64,000 nucleotides of DNA from Podarcis melisellensis (taxonomy: Eukaryota): assembly GCA_964234715.1 (NCBI GenBank), contig OZ174286.1. One strand, written 5' to 3'. The position numbers and the translations under genes are program-made. This document shows positions 33,973 through 46,189 of the stretch, piece after piece. A model generated the notes under the pieces. That model was not told where the DNA came from. It ran no database searches and saw only the letters and a list, made by a program, of their open reading frames with translations. Position 1 is the first letter of the stretch. The number at the start of each line of letters is the position of its first letter.

Positions 33973-36846
33973 TATTCATTTCCTGTTTGAATTTATTTTT
34001 ACCGCGCATTCGGAGATGAGGTAAAAGTGATGGCTCTTAATTGGTCATTGTTTTGCCTATTCTGCTTGCAATGCAATTTATCTAAATTTCTGTACCAATG
34101 AAGTACCAAGAGAAAGTAATTATATCTGTGGTGGTTTTTCAGGGTGTTAGGGCCCCTTCGTGTGTATCTGGGGTGACAGGGCTAACTAGCCACCTCCTCC
34201 AATGTTGCTTCCATGGAGTCACTTTCATTTTATGCAATTATGCAGTAATGTAGCTACTCAAGTATTGTTCGAAGCCTTTGGAGGCAACTCAGCTTGCAGT
34301 AAAGCTGATGGGATTTGCATGGGGAGAAAGTAGATAGAGGAACCTCCAAGCTTCCCAGATTGTCTTTATGACCTAAACTGTTCAGACGCTAGACTGGCAT
34401 TCTCAGGGTTGCTGACCTAAAATCCTACTTCCCCCTCCTCTCAGTCTCACCTTGAGAGAGGAGGCATCTTTCCTTTGTTTCTCTCCTGCAAAGTTCAAAG
34501 AGCAATCATAGCTCTTTGCATCTCCATCTTAGACAGAACTAAGATCTTTCCTATCCAACATGTATTTCCTTTGATAAACTTGTCTTTCTTATTTTTCCAC
34601 ACTAAAAGTATCAGTATCCAGGGTAAAGGGCGTTCTTCCAAGGGATTTCAGCCAACAGTTCAAGCTTCTGTATATGGGTAGAGATTTTTATTAAGGATAT
34701 GCCAAAATTCTTCTTGCAGGTTTCTTTTGTAATGAACGATTGCTCTTGTACCTTGCTTGTGACCTTCCCATGGGTGTCACCTGGCCAACGTGAGAAATGG
34801 GGTGCTGGATTATACAGGGCTTTGGTCCAATTCTGGAGAGCTGCTCTTATGTTAAAACAGAGGAAAGCGATTGCTTATTCAAGAAGCATGGCTACATCAG
34901 CATGAACCAAACGTGATTGGTTCTATAGCATTGTGAGCATCATTTTTACTATGTGATCGCTGATTGACTGCGATCACTGAGCATAAAAGGCCTTTAATTG
35001 GGCACAGCGGCAGACAGGGAAACAATGGCAGCAAATGCCTTCCCAAAGAAAGGCAGATGTTTGGACCTTTAATTGGACTTTGAGGAAAACAATGTTTCCC
35101 CTTTCCCTGCTGTTGACCTGAAAATCAAAACAGGTGAACATACTGTTGGGAACAATGCAGGGGAAAACCATGGAAGAGGTAGACATCCTATCACTCCAGG
35201 TACAGATAAGAGTAATGAAATGTAGTTAGAGATGGAACTTACTTAGTCTTATTGAAATACCACTTCATTTTTGCCTTTTGGGCCCAGAGAATATGTGTGT
35301 TAAACTCACTCCCAGTATTTCCTAATCTTTAGTTCTTTGCATTGCGCCTGCTTCTTTTGCACACATTCTTCTAAAAAGTGTACATGTGTGTGCATGCATA
35401 TGCATGTTCACATGTGTGCATATGCATACATAGAAACTGTACTCACTTTTTCAAGTTAAAGTATGCTTTTATATTCTGGAGCTTTAGCATAGATCAAAAT
35501 AGCAGAGTACATTAAGCAGATCTGGACCAGGTCTCTCTCATTGGGATTAATGCTGCCAGCTTCCTCATTCTTTCCATTTTGGGCTACATGTCAGGTCACT
35601 CTGACTCTAGCTAAAGCTCCTCTGTGATAAAGATTAAGCTAGTTCACTCTGGCATCAAACTCTCTAGCTTCCATACCTATCTAGATCCTGGCAGCTTCTT
35701 GGGCTAGGAATGCTGATGTTTGGGAAAGGTGCCAGTGTCATTGCTTCCCCCCTTTCCCCCCTAGTTTTTTGGTGCAGTTTGTGGCTGACTTTGAATATTG
35801 ACTCAACCTGCCTTTCACCAGTATCAGAAATGAGTATTTATTCCAAGAGCCTGGTCTGAAGTAGCAAATTTTCAAGGTGATGCTAGGGTTTTAATGTGTG
35901 CATTTTAATAAAATCTTGCAGTTTTCAATCATTACCATTAAATACTGATTTATTGTACATTTCTCATTGCTTTCATTGAAGGACTAAGGCATTGTTCATG
36001 CAATCAAATCCTGGCTTTATAAACCAGGATTTGCCCAAACTGCTTGAACCTGCAGTCACTTTGCTTTTTCCTTTCACATGAGCAAACAGACCAGGAAGCC
36101 AGTTCAGCATAGCTTCCTGTTACATCTAAAACAGGAACTGTGGTAAGTGGCTTCTGAATCTGGCTTACCAGGTCCAGGTTCTTCAAAGCCTATGAACAAG
36201 TTCATTTATTTTGAAAAAATACAAATAAAGAAACATTGAACTGAGAGAAGTTATAAGATGGGGTGAGGCATCAGAAAAGATGTTTCAATAAAATTCTTTT
36301 TTAAAATGTTTATTTGATTTCTTTTTTAAATTTCTTTATAACTTTCCCTTTTCTCTCAATATAACTTCTCACCCTACATTTAAAATGAAAATTCAGGATA
36401 AACTTCTCTTTAAACAAACAAAAAGCAGGTCTAAACTAATTTCATTAAGACAATGCATCATTTGTTAATTTGACCATGTTACATTTTAGTTTCTTGGGAA
36501 TATTTTCTTGCATTAAATATCAAACCAGAAGAAGAAAGATTTGAATGTGTAGCTACAAAACAAAAAAACAAAAAACCACATCTAGGTGTAGTAGCAGTCT
36601 GTATTGAGAGCATATTTGTCTCAAGAGAGGTTTAGCTTTTTCTGTGCGTATTATGGATATGTTCCTAGTTGTATTCACACACAGCTATTCTAAAGCTACA
36701 AGCCTGCCTCTTACATTTATAAGCCAAATACCTTCAGTGAATACTGAAGAAACTGTTTAAGGAAGTGGGGGGGGGGGACAGGAGGGTTGTGTGTGCATGC
36801 ATTGACGTATTGCTAGAAGAAAATTCTGAAGCTCTATTTTCTATAG

Positions 36847-36930
36847 TAGTGCAGGGAAAACAAAACCTGATTGGTTTCTTCAGAAAGATTCGGATGGGGA
36901 TACACCTTCACTTATCAGCTGGCCCTCCAG
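36847..36930 (+). CDS. SVIL: SVIL cassette exon, 84 or 81 nt ([28 protein letters not shown]), archvillin-type insert
   Basis: TAGTAG tandem acceptor (start 36847 or 36850), donor CAG|GTATCC, symmetric phase 2. Confidence 0.93.
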
Positions 36931-38693
36931 GTATCCTACCATGCAGCTGTGTGGCTTAAATAATAATAATTTGGACTGTTAACTTCCTTTCTCCTTTTCC
37001 TTCCCCCACTATCATTTTAACAAATGTCGTTGGCACCCTTTAATGGCAGTGGATTAAAAAAAAAATCAATTTCTGTTTTTAATTTCTGCTCTAATGAAAC
37101 TTTCCTTCTGCCCCTGCCCTCTCTCCCACCTCCCCACCCCCCGGACAATTTCTGCGTCTTCCTTTTTGTCACTTACAACTAATTGATGTTCTGGTAGGAA
37201 GCACTAGAAATGCCCTTAATGTTTGCTCCACAGGTGTAAACATGGTGGCACTGGCTAAACTCAGGTCTTGCCTTTTGGCCTTTCATTAACATGTTTCTCC
37301 TGCCTTGCAGTCTGAAGTGCAACAGAATACTAGCCTGTGAAATGTTGCAAGCACTGAATGCAGAAACGTTTGCCCCTTACTGAGTGGTTTCCCTGAATGT
37401 GAAGATACAAAAAGGTGTATAGTTAATACATTAGCTTGTCTTTGGAGCAGTGAGCAGCTTGCATGTTCACATAAAGTAGTTCTCATAAAGGGATGAGTTG
37501 TCCTTCCAAAAAGTGGGTCTCTAGTGAGCAGACAAGGAAGTATTCCTAAATCCGGTGGTTAAAAACAGGCTATAGCAAAATTCTGATTGTTTAGTGCTGT
37601 GCAACATACTTTAAACGAGAACTTGGTTTGCTAATAATGTGGTGTATGAACACTTGCTATTAGTAACAGTTCCTTTAAAAAGGAAATGTGTCAAATGTTA
37701 TATAGAATAGGCTTAGCTATGATTGAGAGGCCCTATCCAACAAGGAGTTTGGTATCAGTTGTACACTCCACTTCCTTTTTCTCTAACATATATACCTTGT
37801 TTGCACACAACACTAAACCAAAACATAACTTACTGTGAATGAGCAAATGTGTGGTTCCTGGACAGGTGATCACGGCTTGTTTTACACTTGAATTTCTTTC
37901 TCAGATCCTCTGCTTAGGATATATTTTGTTCTAAGGTATCGGTAGCAGAGTATAAAATACAGTCTTCGCCCTTCATGGTGCACACACTTTCAAATTGCTG
38001 CATATTTCAGCAAAACATACATAAGCAGGAGCCTCCCTTTTTCTGTTTCACACTTCTTGTGCATTTTGCAAAGGTAGAGGCATGAGTCTTTCACAAATAA
38101 AACAAATATCTAAAAGTATTGGCTCTCAGGTTACGTGTCAAGATTCAGTTGCCTCTGCTCTCCATCTCTGTTTAGAACATTTTATCACTGGTTATAATTC
38201 AAATGGAGTATTTTTCTTTTTTCTACATGTTTTTCTTATAATGTGTTCTCAGCTGCTTTTTTTTTAACAAAAGAAACATGTTAAGGGAGCCACCCATTTG
38301 TTGTTATTTTTTGGAAAAAAATTTAGTGATATAAGTAGTTAGACGAAAACCCAAATTCTATTTATTCTCCATTTGGGCATACTTAATTACATTTCCTCAT
38401 CAGCAGATTGAACACAGCTGACTAAATTGTTCAGCACAACGCACGAAAATAGAAGTGGACAGAAAAATGACTATGCTGAAATCCATGTCTTGATCCTCTC
38501 TGACATCAGATTGGGCAAAGGGCACTTGTTAGGAAGGTTCTCAGATTTCCCACACTAGTTTAGTCTAGTTTAATTTGATGCTTAAAACTTGATGTTGCTG
38601 GATTTCCCCAAACTAGGTGCATGTGTTTCCTCCCTCCTCTCTGGCTTAGTTACAACTGTCCCACATTTTTTAATCCATTTTTCTTTCTTAAAG

Positions 38694-39551
38694 AGTAAAA
38701 GTTAGAGAGAAACTGGTGAAAGACGAAAGTGCCCGTTCAAGCCCTGAACTTCCAGCAGACACTATGACTCAAAGAAAGTTTCGCCCAGTGCCTGTTAATT
38801 TCGTGCCTCTTCAGTCAGAAACGTCTGCTTTCCATAGGGTTGCCAATCAGCCTCTTGGCTTCGCCTGCCAACCAACACATGGCTATGTTCAGCCTGCTGG
38901 AATCGCTCATATAGCTAAACAGGTGGCAGCCGAAGAACCAGAAAGCAGCTCCGTTCATAACCTTCCTGGGCCGGCAAATGTAGCGTTCATAACCAGATTC
39001 CCAGAAGATGCGAAGATGGATGATGTAAGAAGTGACTTGCCTCAGAATCATGGATCGTCATCGAAGCTCACTTACTCCAGTTTGGAGGCAGAGAAGGAAA
39101 GGCAGCCAACTTTGACTTCAGAGAATCGTAGGTTGAGCAGAGGAGATGAATTTGAGAAACTGGCAATTGGCCAGCCAAGGAACGTGATACCTGAGAAAGA
39201 GCTGGAGCGATGTATGCAATGGATGCCTGGACCTCAGGCGAAGACTCAGGAGAACGTTGAGAGGAGCGAAAGAGTTGTGTACCTACAGAGTGCTAAAGGG
39301 AAAGTTCAGGCTCGGGAAGAGACTCCAGTGAAGCATAAGCTCCTTACTCGCTCATTTTCTGATTATAGTGGTTCGCCTAAATTAGAAGTTTTTAAAAGTA
39401 AGGAGCATGTTGCAAAGAATGCAATGGAGTTTCAGAGCACTGAAGCCAAGATCCCCAATGGTGAGATTGCCATGGTTGACACAAAAGTCTCTGTTGCCCA
39501 ACTCCGTAATGCCTTTTTGGAAACTGCCAATGCCTGCAAGAAACCTGAACT
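38694..39551 (+). CDS. SVIL: SVIL cassette exon, 858 nt (VKVREKLVKDESARSSPEL...KVSVAQLRNAFLETANACKKPEL), archvillin-type insert
   Basis: Contains ORF 38716-39555; ttcttaaag acceptor, CT|GTAGGT donor; symmetric phase 2. Confidence 0.95.
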
Positions 39552-39966
39552 GTAGGTGACGTTTCTGAATATATATGTGTATATATTTTTTTAACTTGGT
39601 GTGACACTTGCACGTCCTTGGCATAAAATGGCACCCCAAACTCAACATCAGTTGCGTTCTGCAGCACTTCAAACACACGAGTCAATTCCCATCTAGTGTG
39701 TCTTGGAGGTGGAGTTGTCCTGAATTCTCTTGTTCGTTTGTGCTTCTGCTTGCTTAGTGCAAGTTCTGATGTTGGGGCAGCTGGAATGGAATGACTTTGT
39801 ACTTTTCTATGCATGGTTTTCCAGGAGCATGCAGAGTGATTGATAATGGACTGATTTGGTGGGATGCTTTATATTTGTCCTTCACCTCTCTTTCTCCCTT
39901 CCCTCTTTCCCCATCCTAATTCTTTGTTTCCTTTCTTTGCACTTTCTGATGTGGTTAAAAAAAAAG

Positions 39967-40137
39967 TGAATCTCAGTTTGAGATGCCAACATCAGGTACT
40001 GATTTGTCTGCCAGTGCTGAACACGAAAGAGGGTCACGGAGGCCAAGGCGCTATTTTTCTCCTGGGGAAAGTAGAAAGACTTCCGAGAGATTTAGGACTC
40101 AACCTATAACTTCAGCAGAGCGAAAGGAAACAGATAG
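39967..40137 (+). CDS. SVIL: SVIL cassette exon, 171 nt ([10 protein letters not shown]...[36 protein letters not shown])
   Basis: Conserved [25 protein letters not shown]; acceptor at the end of an A-run (39966), donor AG|GTAGGC; symmetric phase 2. Confidence 0.93.
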
Positions 40138-40696
40138 GTAGGCATTTGTATGGCACAGCGCACTGGAGCAGCGTTATTTAGAATAACAGCCGGCAGTAAT
40201 AATAGTAGTATTTGGAAAAAATGCAACTCAACACAAATATTAATTCAGATAAGGTGGCAATGTAGTTCAAGGTGGCTATTTTAAATTTTTGAAATAAAAA
40301 GTTCAATATTTACTCTAAAGGATGTTTATCACACAACTCTGAGCAGAAATACATTTACTTATATGTTTTAAGGTGAAAGGGGAACAATTCATAGGCTTCA
40401 AGCCCAAAGTCAGTGCTGTGTGTAACAATTGGCAGAATATTTGAAGTTCTGTCTGTTTTTATTTTTATTTTAGTTGACATCATTCTCCTTCATGCAACTT
40501 ACACCTGGCTGGCATTGCTTGCCTTCTTGCTTTTTAAGGGTCATTGTAAATGAAACACTATTGTAACTTGAAAAACCTTTTTTCCCCATTTGCAACCTAT
40601 TTGCTGTCCCTCTTGAACAAGATTAGGCTTAGGGATTTTTTTTACAATTTTTATTTCCAACTCATAATTATATTTTCTTTTGTAAAATCCCCATAG

Positions 40697-40731
40697 GTCT
40701 GTATTCAGTCCAGAAATGCCAGCTCCTGAAG
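40697..40731 (+). CDS. SVIL: SVIL exon, 35 nt (SVFSPEMPAPE)
   Basis: ccccatag acceptor, AAG|GTAAGA donor; phase 2 to 1 links to DEEKVDER. Confidence 0.88.
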
Positions 40732-41366
40732 GTAAGATTTTTTTTCTCGCCATGCTCTTTTATGGGTAAATTTTTATGTTTTACCTATCAGCCTTTAGTG
40801 GCAGGCTAGTTACACCTTGACCAAATTTGACTCCCCCTCAGCCTCAGAGGTGAAATGAGTCCCAGCCCAGAGGGGCTTACAATCTAGATAACAGCACAAA
40901 AAGAGGCAATGAGAAGGGAGAATAAATGAAGGCAGTGTTACAAGGGAGTGGAGAAAATAAGCAGGTTTGCTGGGTCTTCAGATCTTCTGGCTAGGAAGCA
41001 AGTAGTTACATGATCTTCAGCATAAATGACAAACAAATACCAGAATATAACCTCTTTTGACTGAAAATTATGGATATGAAAACCCTCTTCACCCTGGTGT
41101 GTTACCTTACAACTGCCAGGAAAGAGCAATTCTCTGACTCTCTTAAAATTGCACTATATAACATTCTGCAGCTCAGATGCTCATTAAAAAGCGATGTTAC
41201 TGTCTTGCCCAGAACCAAACAGACCTTCACTTTCTTGATGTACCTTTTTGCCAGTTGTGTTCCTGGGTTATTTACATGTGTGTATGTTTCTTTTTAAAAA
41301 AATTGAGAATCTCTTGGATTTATCTAAAGATATGTCATGTCATGTAATCTTCTTTATTATCTGTAG

Positions 41367-41428
41367 ATGAGGAGAAAGTGGACGAGCGAGCCAAGCTGAG
41401 TGTTGCGGCAAAGAGGTTGCTATTCAGG
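41367..41428 (+). CDS. SVIL: SVIL exon, 62 nt (DEEKVDERAKLSVAAKRLLFR)
   Basis: Peptide matches the mammalian sequence as recalled; ctgtag acceptor, GTAAGT donor. Confidence 0.96.
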
Positions 41429-42082
41429 GTAAGTGTCCTCCTTGTCTTCCCTCACCATTTCAGTCTGCAGAAGGGACACACCTCAGTGTCAGAGCTTTGC
41501 GTGCAGAGTGTCCCAGGTTCAATCTTCGGGCAGGGCTGGCAGAGACCCCTGAAAAGCCACTGCTAGTCAATGTGGACAATATGGAGCTAGATGCCCCCAC
41601 TGGCTTGAGGGCAGTGTAAAGCAGCTTCATGTGTTGCACTATAAGGAGTTGGGCCACAAGTGTGTAGGAGGCAAATGAGCGAGTGGGCAGGGATGGGGAA
41701 GCTGTGGCCATCCAGGCATTGCTCAACTCCCATCAATCCCCAGCCAGTGTGGCCATTGGGAGTTGGCGCATAGGTGCCACAGAAGGTGGTAGAACATCTG
41801 CTTTGTGTTCAGAAGGTCCCAAATGCAATCCATTGCATCTCCAGGGAGGACTGGGAGAGACCCCTGTCTGAAACCTTAGAGAGTTGCTGCCATTCAGCAC
41901 TGATTATCCTGAGCTAGATGGACCCAATGGCAGATGGGCCAAATGGCAGACTCAGTATACGGCAGCTTCCTTTGTTCCACGGTACAACCCTCTTCTGAAC
42001 TGAGCGACAACCCTATCACCCACTTGATTTGGGAGTCTTCCTTTCTGTTAACCTGTTAGTTCTGGTGTGCATCTGGTTCTAG

Positions 42083-42222
42083 GAAATGGAAAAGTCGTTT
42101 GACGGGAAGAGTTTTCCAAAGCCACATTCAAGGAATTCTGCGGTGGAAAGAAGGCTAAGGCGAATGCAGGATAGGTCACGCACGCAGCCCATTACCACTG
42201 AAGAAGTGGTCATTGCAGCTAC
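42083..42222 (+). CDS. SVIL: SVIL exon, 140 nt (EMEKSFDGK...[19 protein letters not shown])
   Basis: Conserved peptide; ttctag acceptor, GTAAGT donor. Confidence 0.96.
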
Positions 42223-42949
42223 GTAAGTCTTGGAAATGTGTTAGGTCTGCTATTCCACTGGGTTGTGTGTTTTTTAACGGAGCTCTAAATTCCCATTCAT
42301 TAAGTGCCTATGGCTTGGTAATAAGGAAAAGGGCTTGTTGCTAAGGAATAGCTTCCTTGAGAAATGTATGCCAGAGGGAATGTCTTTCTAGCTGCTTTTG
42401 GAGGCAAGGGATAATGGAGCAACGCAAAATGCATGAGCAATATAAGCTTATGAAGCAATAGATGAAAGATGGTAAGGGAGGAGTTAATTGCAGTTCTGGC
42501 TTGTAAGCCAAGTGAAACAGATTTCTTGCCTTGAGCCCTGCACAATTAAGCTGCTGAATCTTACTAGAAATCTAGAAGACTTCTAGACCTGTGCATCATC
42601 ACATGAATTAATAATATCCTGTGCTTTTGTACATCTTGTAACTTTCTTTCAGAGCACCAGTGTTGCTGCCCTGCAGCCAATATTTTTTATTTTATTTAAA
42701 AAAAAGTAAAATGCATATGAAAATGATTCAGTTTTATAGAAAATCAGGATGTCCTTGACCATCTTCTTTCAAATATTTTATGGGATCAACAATGCAGTTT
42801 TATTTTTAAAAATGTCCAATTATTTTAAATGAGGGGGAAAATTACTATTGGTTTGTTTACGTGGTTCAAAGTGTATGTTTTTTCTTAATGCTCTTCTCTT
42901 CTCTCTCTCTTCTTGTGCATTTTCCTTCCCTTGGCTATTTTTTTTAAAG

Positions 42950-43045
42950 TGAACCTATCCCTGCCTTACGTACTGTGAATACCCATTCTATAGTGGCAAG
43001 AATACCTAATCCCACTGTAGTTAAGAGCACTGTACATCCTGCCAG
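42950..43045 (+). CDS. SVIL: SVIL cassette exon, 96 nt (EPIPALRTVNTHSIVARIPNPTVVKSTVHPAR), archvillin-type insert
   Basis: Long pyrimidine tract ending tttaaag, donor CAG|GTACTG; symmetric phase 2; resembles mammalian [32 protein letters not shown]. Confidence 0.92.
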
Positions 43046-45289
43046 GTACTGGGGGAGACGACTTGCATGTTACAGGGAGCACAAGGGTTATTGCTAGCAA
43101 ATGCATCCATAAAACCCAAGTGTCTTAAGTGTTCCAAGCAATTTGGTGGAACTTTTAAGAACGTCGTTTGTTCTTGTCCTCTTTCTGTGTTTGACTGATA
43201 GAACAATAGACTTCTTTGCCTGTTGAGTGTTTGATTCAGAAGCTTTCCAATTAAGCGCACTGCCTCTTTTTAGAAGGTGCATTTCTCCAATGCAGAAGAA
43301 CGTTGCATGTTAAAAAGCTGAGCAAAGACATTTGTTGTGTCTCAAATAAAAGTGAAAAACCCAGGTGTTTTCTGATACCGCAACTTGCACCCTCCTCTGT
43401 TTCTCTCCACTTCTAACAATTTGCTGAATTAATGGAAGGATGAGAAATTGCACCACCTATAGGTGTAAGCACAAATTTCTTTGCTTGTTTCTGTTGCATG
43501 TTGTGATTTTAAAGTTAAGAGATGCAAAGAAAGCATTGGAAAATAACACTGTAGAAAAATCATAGGAGACTTGTGATTTCTCAAAGGGTAGCTGTTTTAT
43601 TGTGGCCCCAAAGTCAGACATGGATCTTGTATGCTAACACAGGACACTCACTTATACTACTTCGTTTTTGTTAGCGTTTTGTTACAACAGGCCAACATGG
43701 CTTATCCTTCTGGATCTTTAAATCTTGAACACTTAAATACCCCAGACCTTTCAGGCTATATAGCCTTTTTCTATTGGACATCCACATGTCTTTCTGGCTT
43801 TCAGAATGTAGATGAGCTGTCTTCCTCCTTTCTGTTCCTCTAGTCTGGTCCACAATCTCTCAGTATATTTCCTAGCCTCTTTCCTCTCTTGGGAACTAAC
43901 AAGGGTCTATTGTCATTATAGCCAAAGAGGAAAGACGTAACAGATGTGTGAAGCCAAGCAAGAGAGAGCACAGGTTGATGATAGAGCAATATTGCCATGG
44001 TATCGTTCTGATCCTCCCTGTCACCTCTTGCAAGCACCTTACAATGTAACTTTTGTCTTCAAAACAGGGTTTGGCCAAAGTTACTGTGAATATGTCTTTA
44101 GGAATATCTCCCAGATCTTGGTTTTGGCCATCTGGGCACATGGAACATAGGAGATGTAGTTCTATAGGAAGCTGTCATTGGTCCCATCTCTCTTATTAAT
44201 TGTCTACAATGACTGTACTGAACCTGGAGCTTTCTCCATGCACAGCATGTGCTCTACCAATGAGTTATGACCCTTCCCCAGTGTGTGAGCAGCTCCACAT
44301 CAATTCTTCCCTGTGTGTCCCCTATGTACATACCTTTAGCCCAGAACTAACACAGTGAATATAGACTTGTAGAAGAGGAGAGAGTGAGAGGACAATGTAA
44401 GGGTGCCATTGCTGTGTGCTTTCTCTATGAACAAGCTAATGCATGCAGGGCTTGGTTGACCCTTTACGGAACTGTTGGCTTCACCACTTCTGCTACTTGC
44501 TGTGTGGATTGGTGTTGCTGTATTGAGGTGATTCCCCCCCCTCCTGTTTCCCTTTTATGATTAGCAAAAGTTAGACAATGCAATACTAATGCAGGAGGTA
44601 AATTCACTCCACATTCAAGGACCTTCATCCCCATGGACTAGGGAAGGGAAGAGAAGGGAAGTCAAGATGTATTTATTTATTAATCTTTTTGTAAACCACT
44701 TTGAGGTTTAGGTTTTTGTTTTGTTTTAACAATCAAGCAGTTATATAAAATTTATGAAAAGAAAATAAGATAAGAAGGTGGGTACCCCTACAAAGAGGGA
44801 TACCCACTGTAGATGTAGATGTTTGGACGTCCTTCTCCCACATGTGCAGTGTGACTCCTTTAAGACCCACTGTGCATATTAATATGGAATCTATACACAG
44901 ATGTGTATGTGAGGACCAGAAGCAGTGAATAAGAGAGTTCAGAACACTTAAGACCCCAGCAGTGTGAACTGTGTGTCTATTTCACTGCATCTGTACAACT
45001 GCATCTTTTTGCCACTAGGACAACTCTTTTATGGCAGTTCGTCACTCTGCAAGCAGTGCCATTAGGGGAGCGTTTATAAACAAATCGCAAAATGCTATTT
45101 TATGTTAGCAGTTCTTCAGTCAGAATTGATGGAGCTGATTTCATAGCTTAGTCAAATTGCCAACACATTTTGTTTGTTAGCTTTCCTGATTACCCCACCC
45201 CACCCCATACTTTGCTCTCTACATCTAAAACTACAAGACTGCTAACTGCTTAGCAACTCTCAGTACTGATTCTCAGTTCCACTTTTAAG

Positions 45290-45542
45290 GCTGCAGGCAT
45301 CTGCAAACCAAAAGACATCGGCTAAAGAAGAAATCAAAGAAGCCAGAGAAGCCCTTGAGCAAGATCAGTCTGGGGAACCAGACTCTTCCACCCTGAGCTT
45401 GGCAGAAAAGATGGCCTTATTTAACAAATTATCTCAACCCATATCAAAGGCAGTCTCTACAAGGAGCAGAGGGGATATCAGGCAAAGGAGGTCGAAAGCT
45501 CGTTATCAGACACAGCCTGTCACACTTGGAGAAGTTGAGCAG
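45290..45542 (+). CDS. SVIL: SVIL exon, 253 nt (LQASANQK...[22 protein letters not shown]...[14 protein letters not shown])
   Basis: Conserved peptide; ttttaag acceptor, GTAGGT donor. Confidence 0.96.
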
Positions 45543-46189
45543 GTAGGTACAAACAGGATATTTTCTTCTAGCAGCTGATTTTTGGGCATATTTACTCAGC
45601 AGTTGTTATGTGTCATGAGTTCAAGGAGCCTTAGCCAACCCAAGTTAAGTCTCCATAGGATGTTGGTGCAAGTCGTCATCAAATGATGCACCATGTTCCT
45701 TGCTATTAATGCAGCCGTGTGACTGCTGTCACAGCATGTACAGGCAACGGCTTGCCAAGAAGCAGACATAACACATCTTTCTAATGCCACAATTTGGAAG
45801 GCTTCTGTTTGTGTTTACCTGAGAGTAAAACCTAAACTGCAGTTGCCATTACTCTTCATATTTGAATGCCAAGTCCAAGCCCTTATATCATTGCACTCAT
45901 GGTGATTTTTGGTTTCTGCTTTGAGTAATCATTTAAAGACATAGGGTTTTTTCCCCAGTTTCGGTAATAAGTAGTCTCTTAATAGAAATCCTACTGCCGA
46001 TAGGATGCGACTGGTAAACACCACTATTCCCCAAATTTTCAAATGCACAAGTGATTGGGCTATCCTAGGTTCAGTTCCCTAATCTGAATCTGGAATGCTA
46101 CATATGTTGAAGACTATGTTAGCTTAACTTGATTTTTCACCATTGAAGTTTGCGTTTTTCAACTCTGCAACACTTTTACACCATAAAAT

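Noticed and set aside
33548-34019. Overlapping 153-aa and 129-aa ORFs, and a CRISPR-like look to the repeats
   Set aside because: They lie over a TA-flanked MITE; spacing is irregular, repeats are only 12 bp, there are no cas genes and the context is eukaryotic.
35822-36080. Possible extra SVIL exons after the acceptors at 35821 and 35981
   Set aside because: Both hit stop codons in the required phase-2 frame, and the flanking exons already join in frame.
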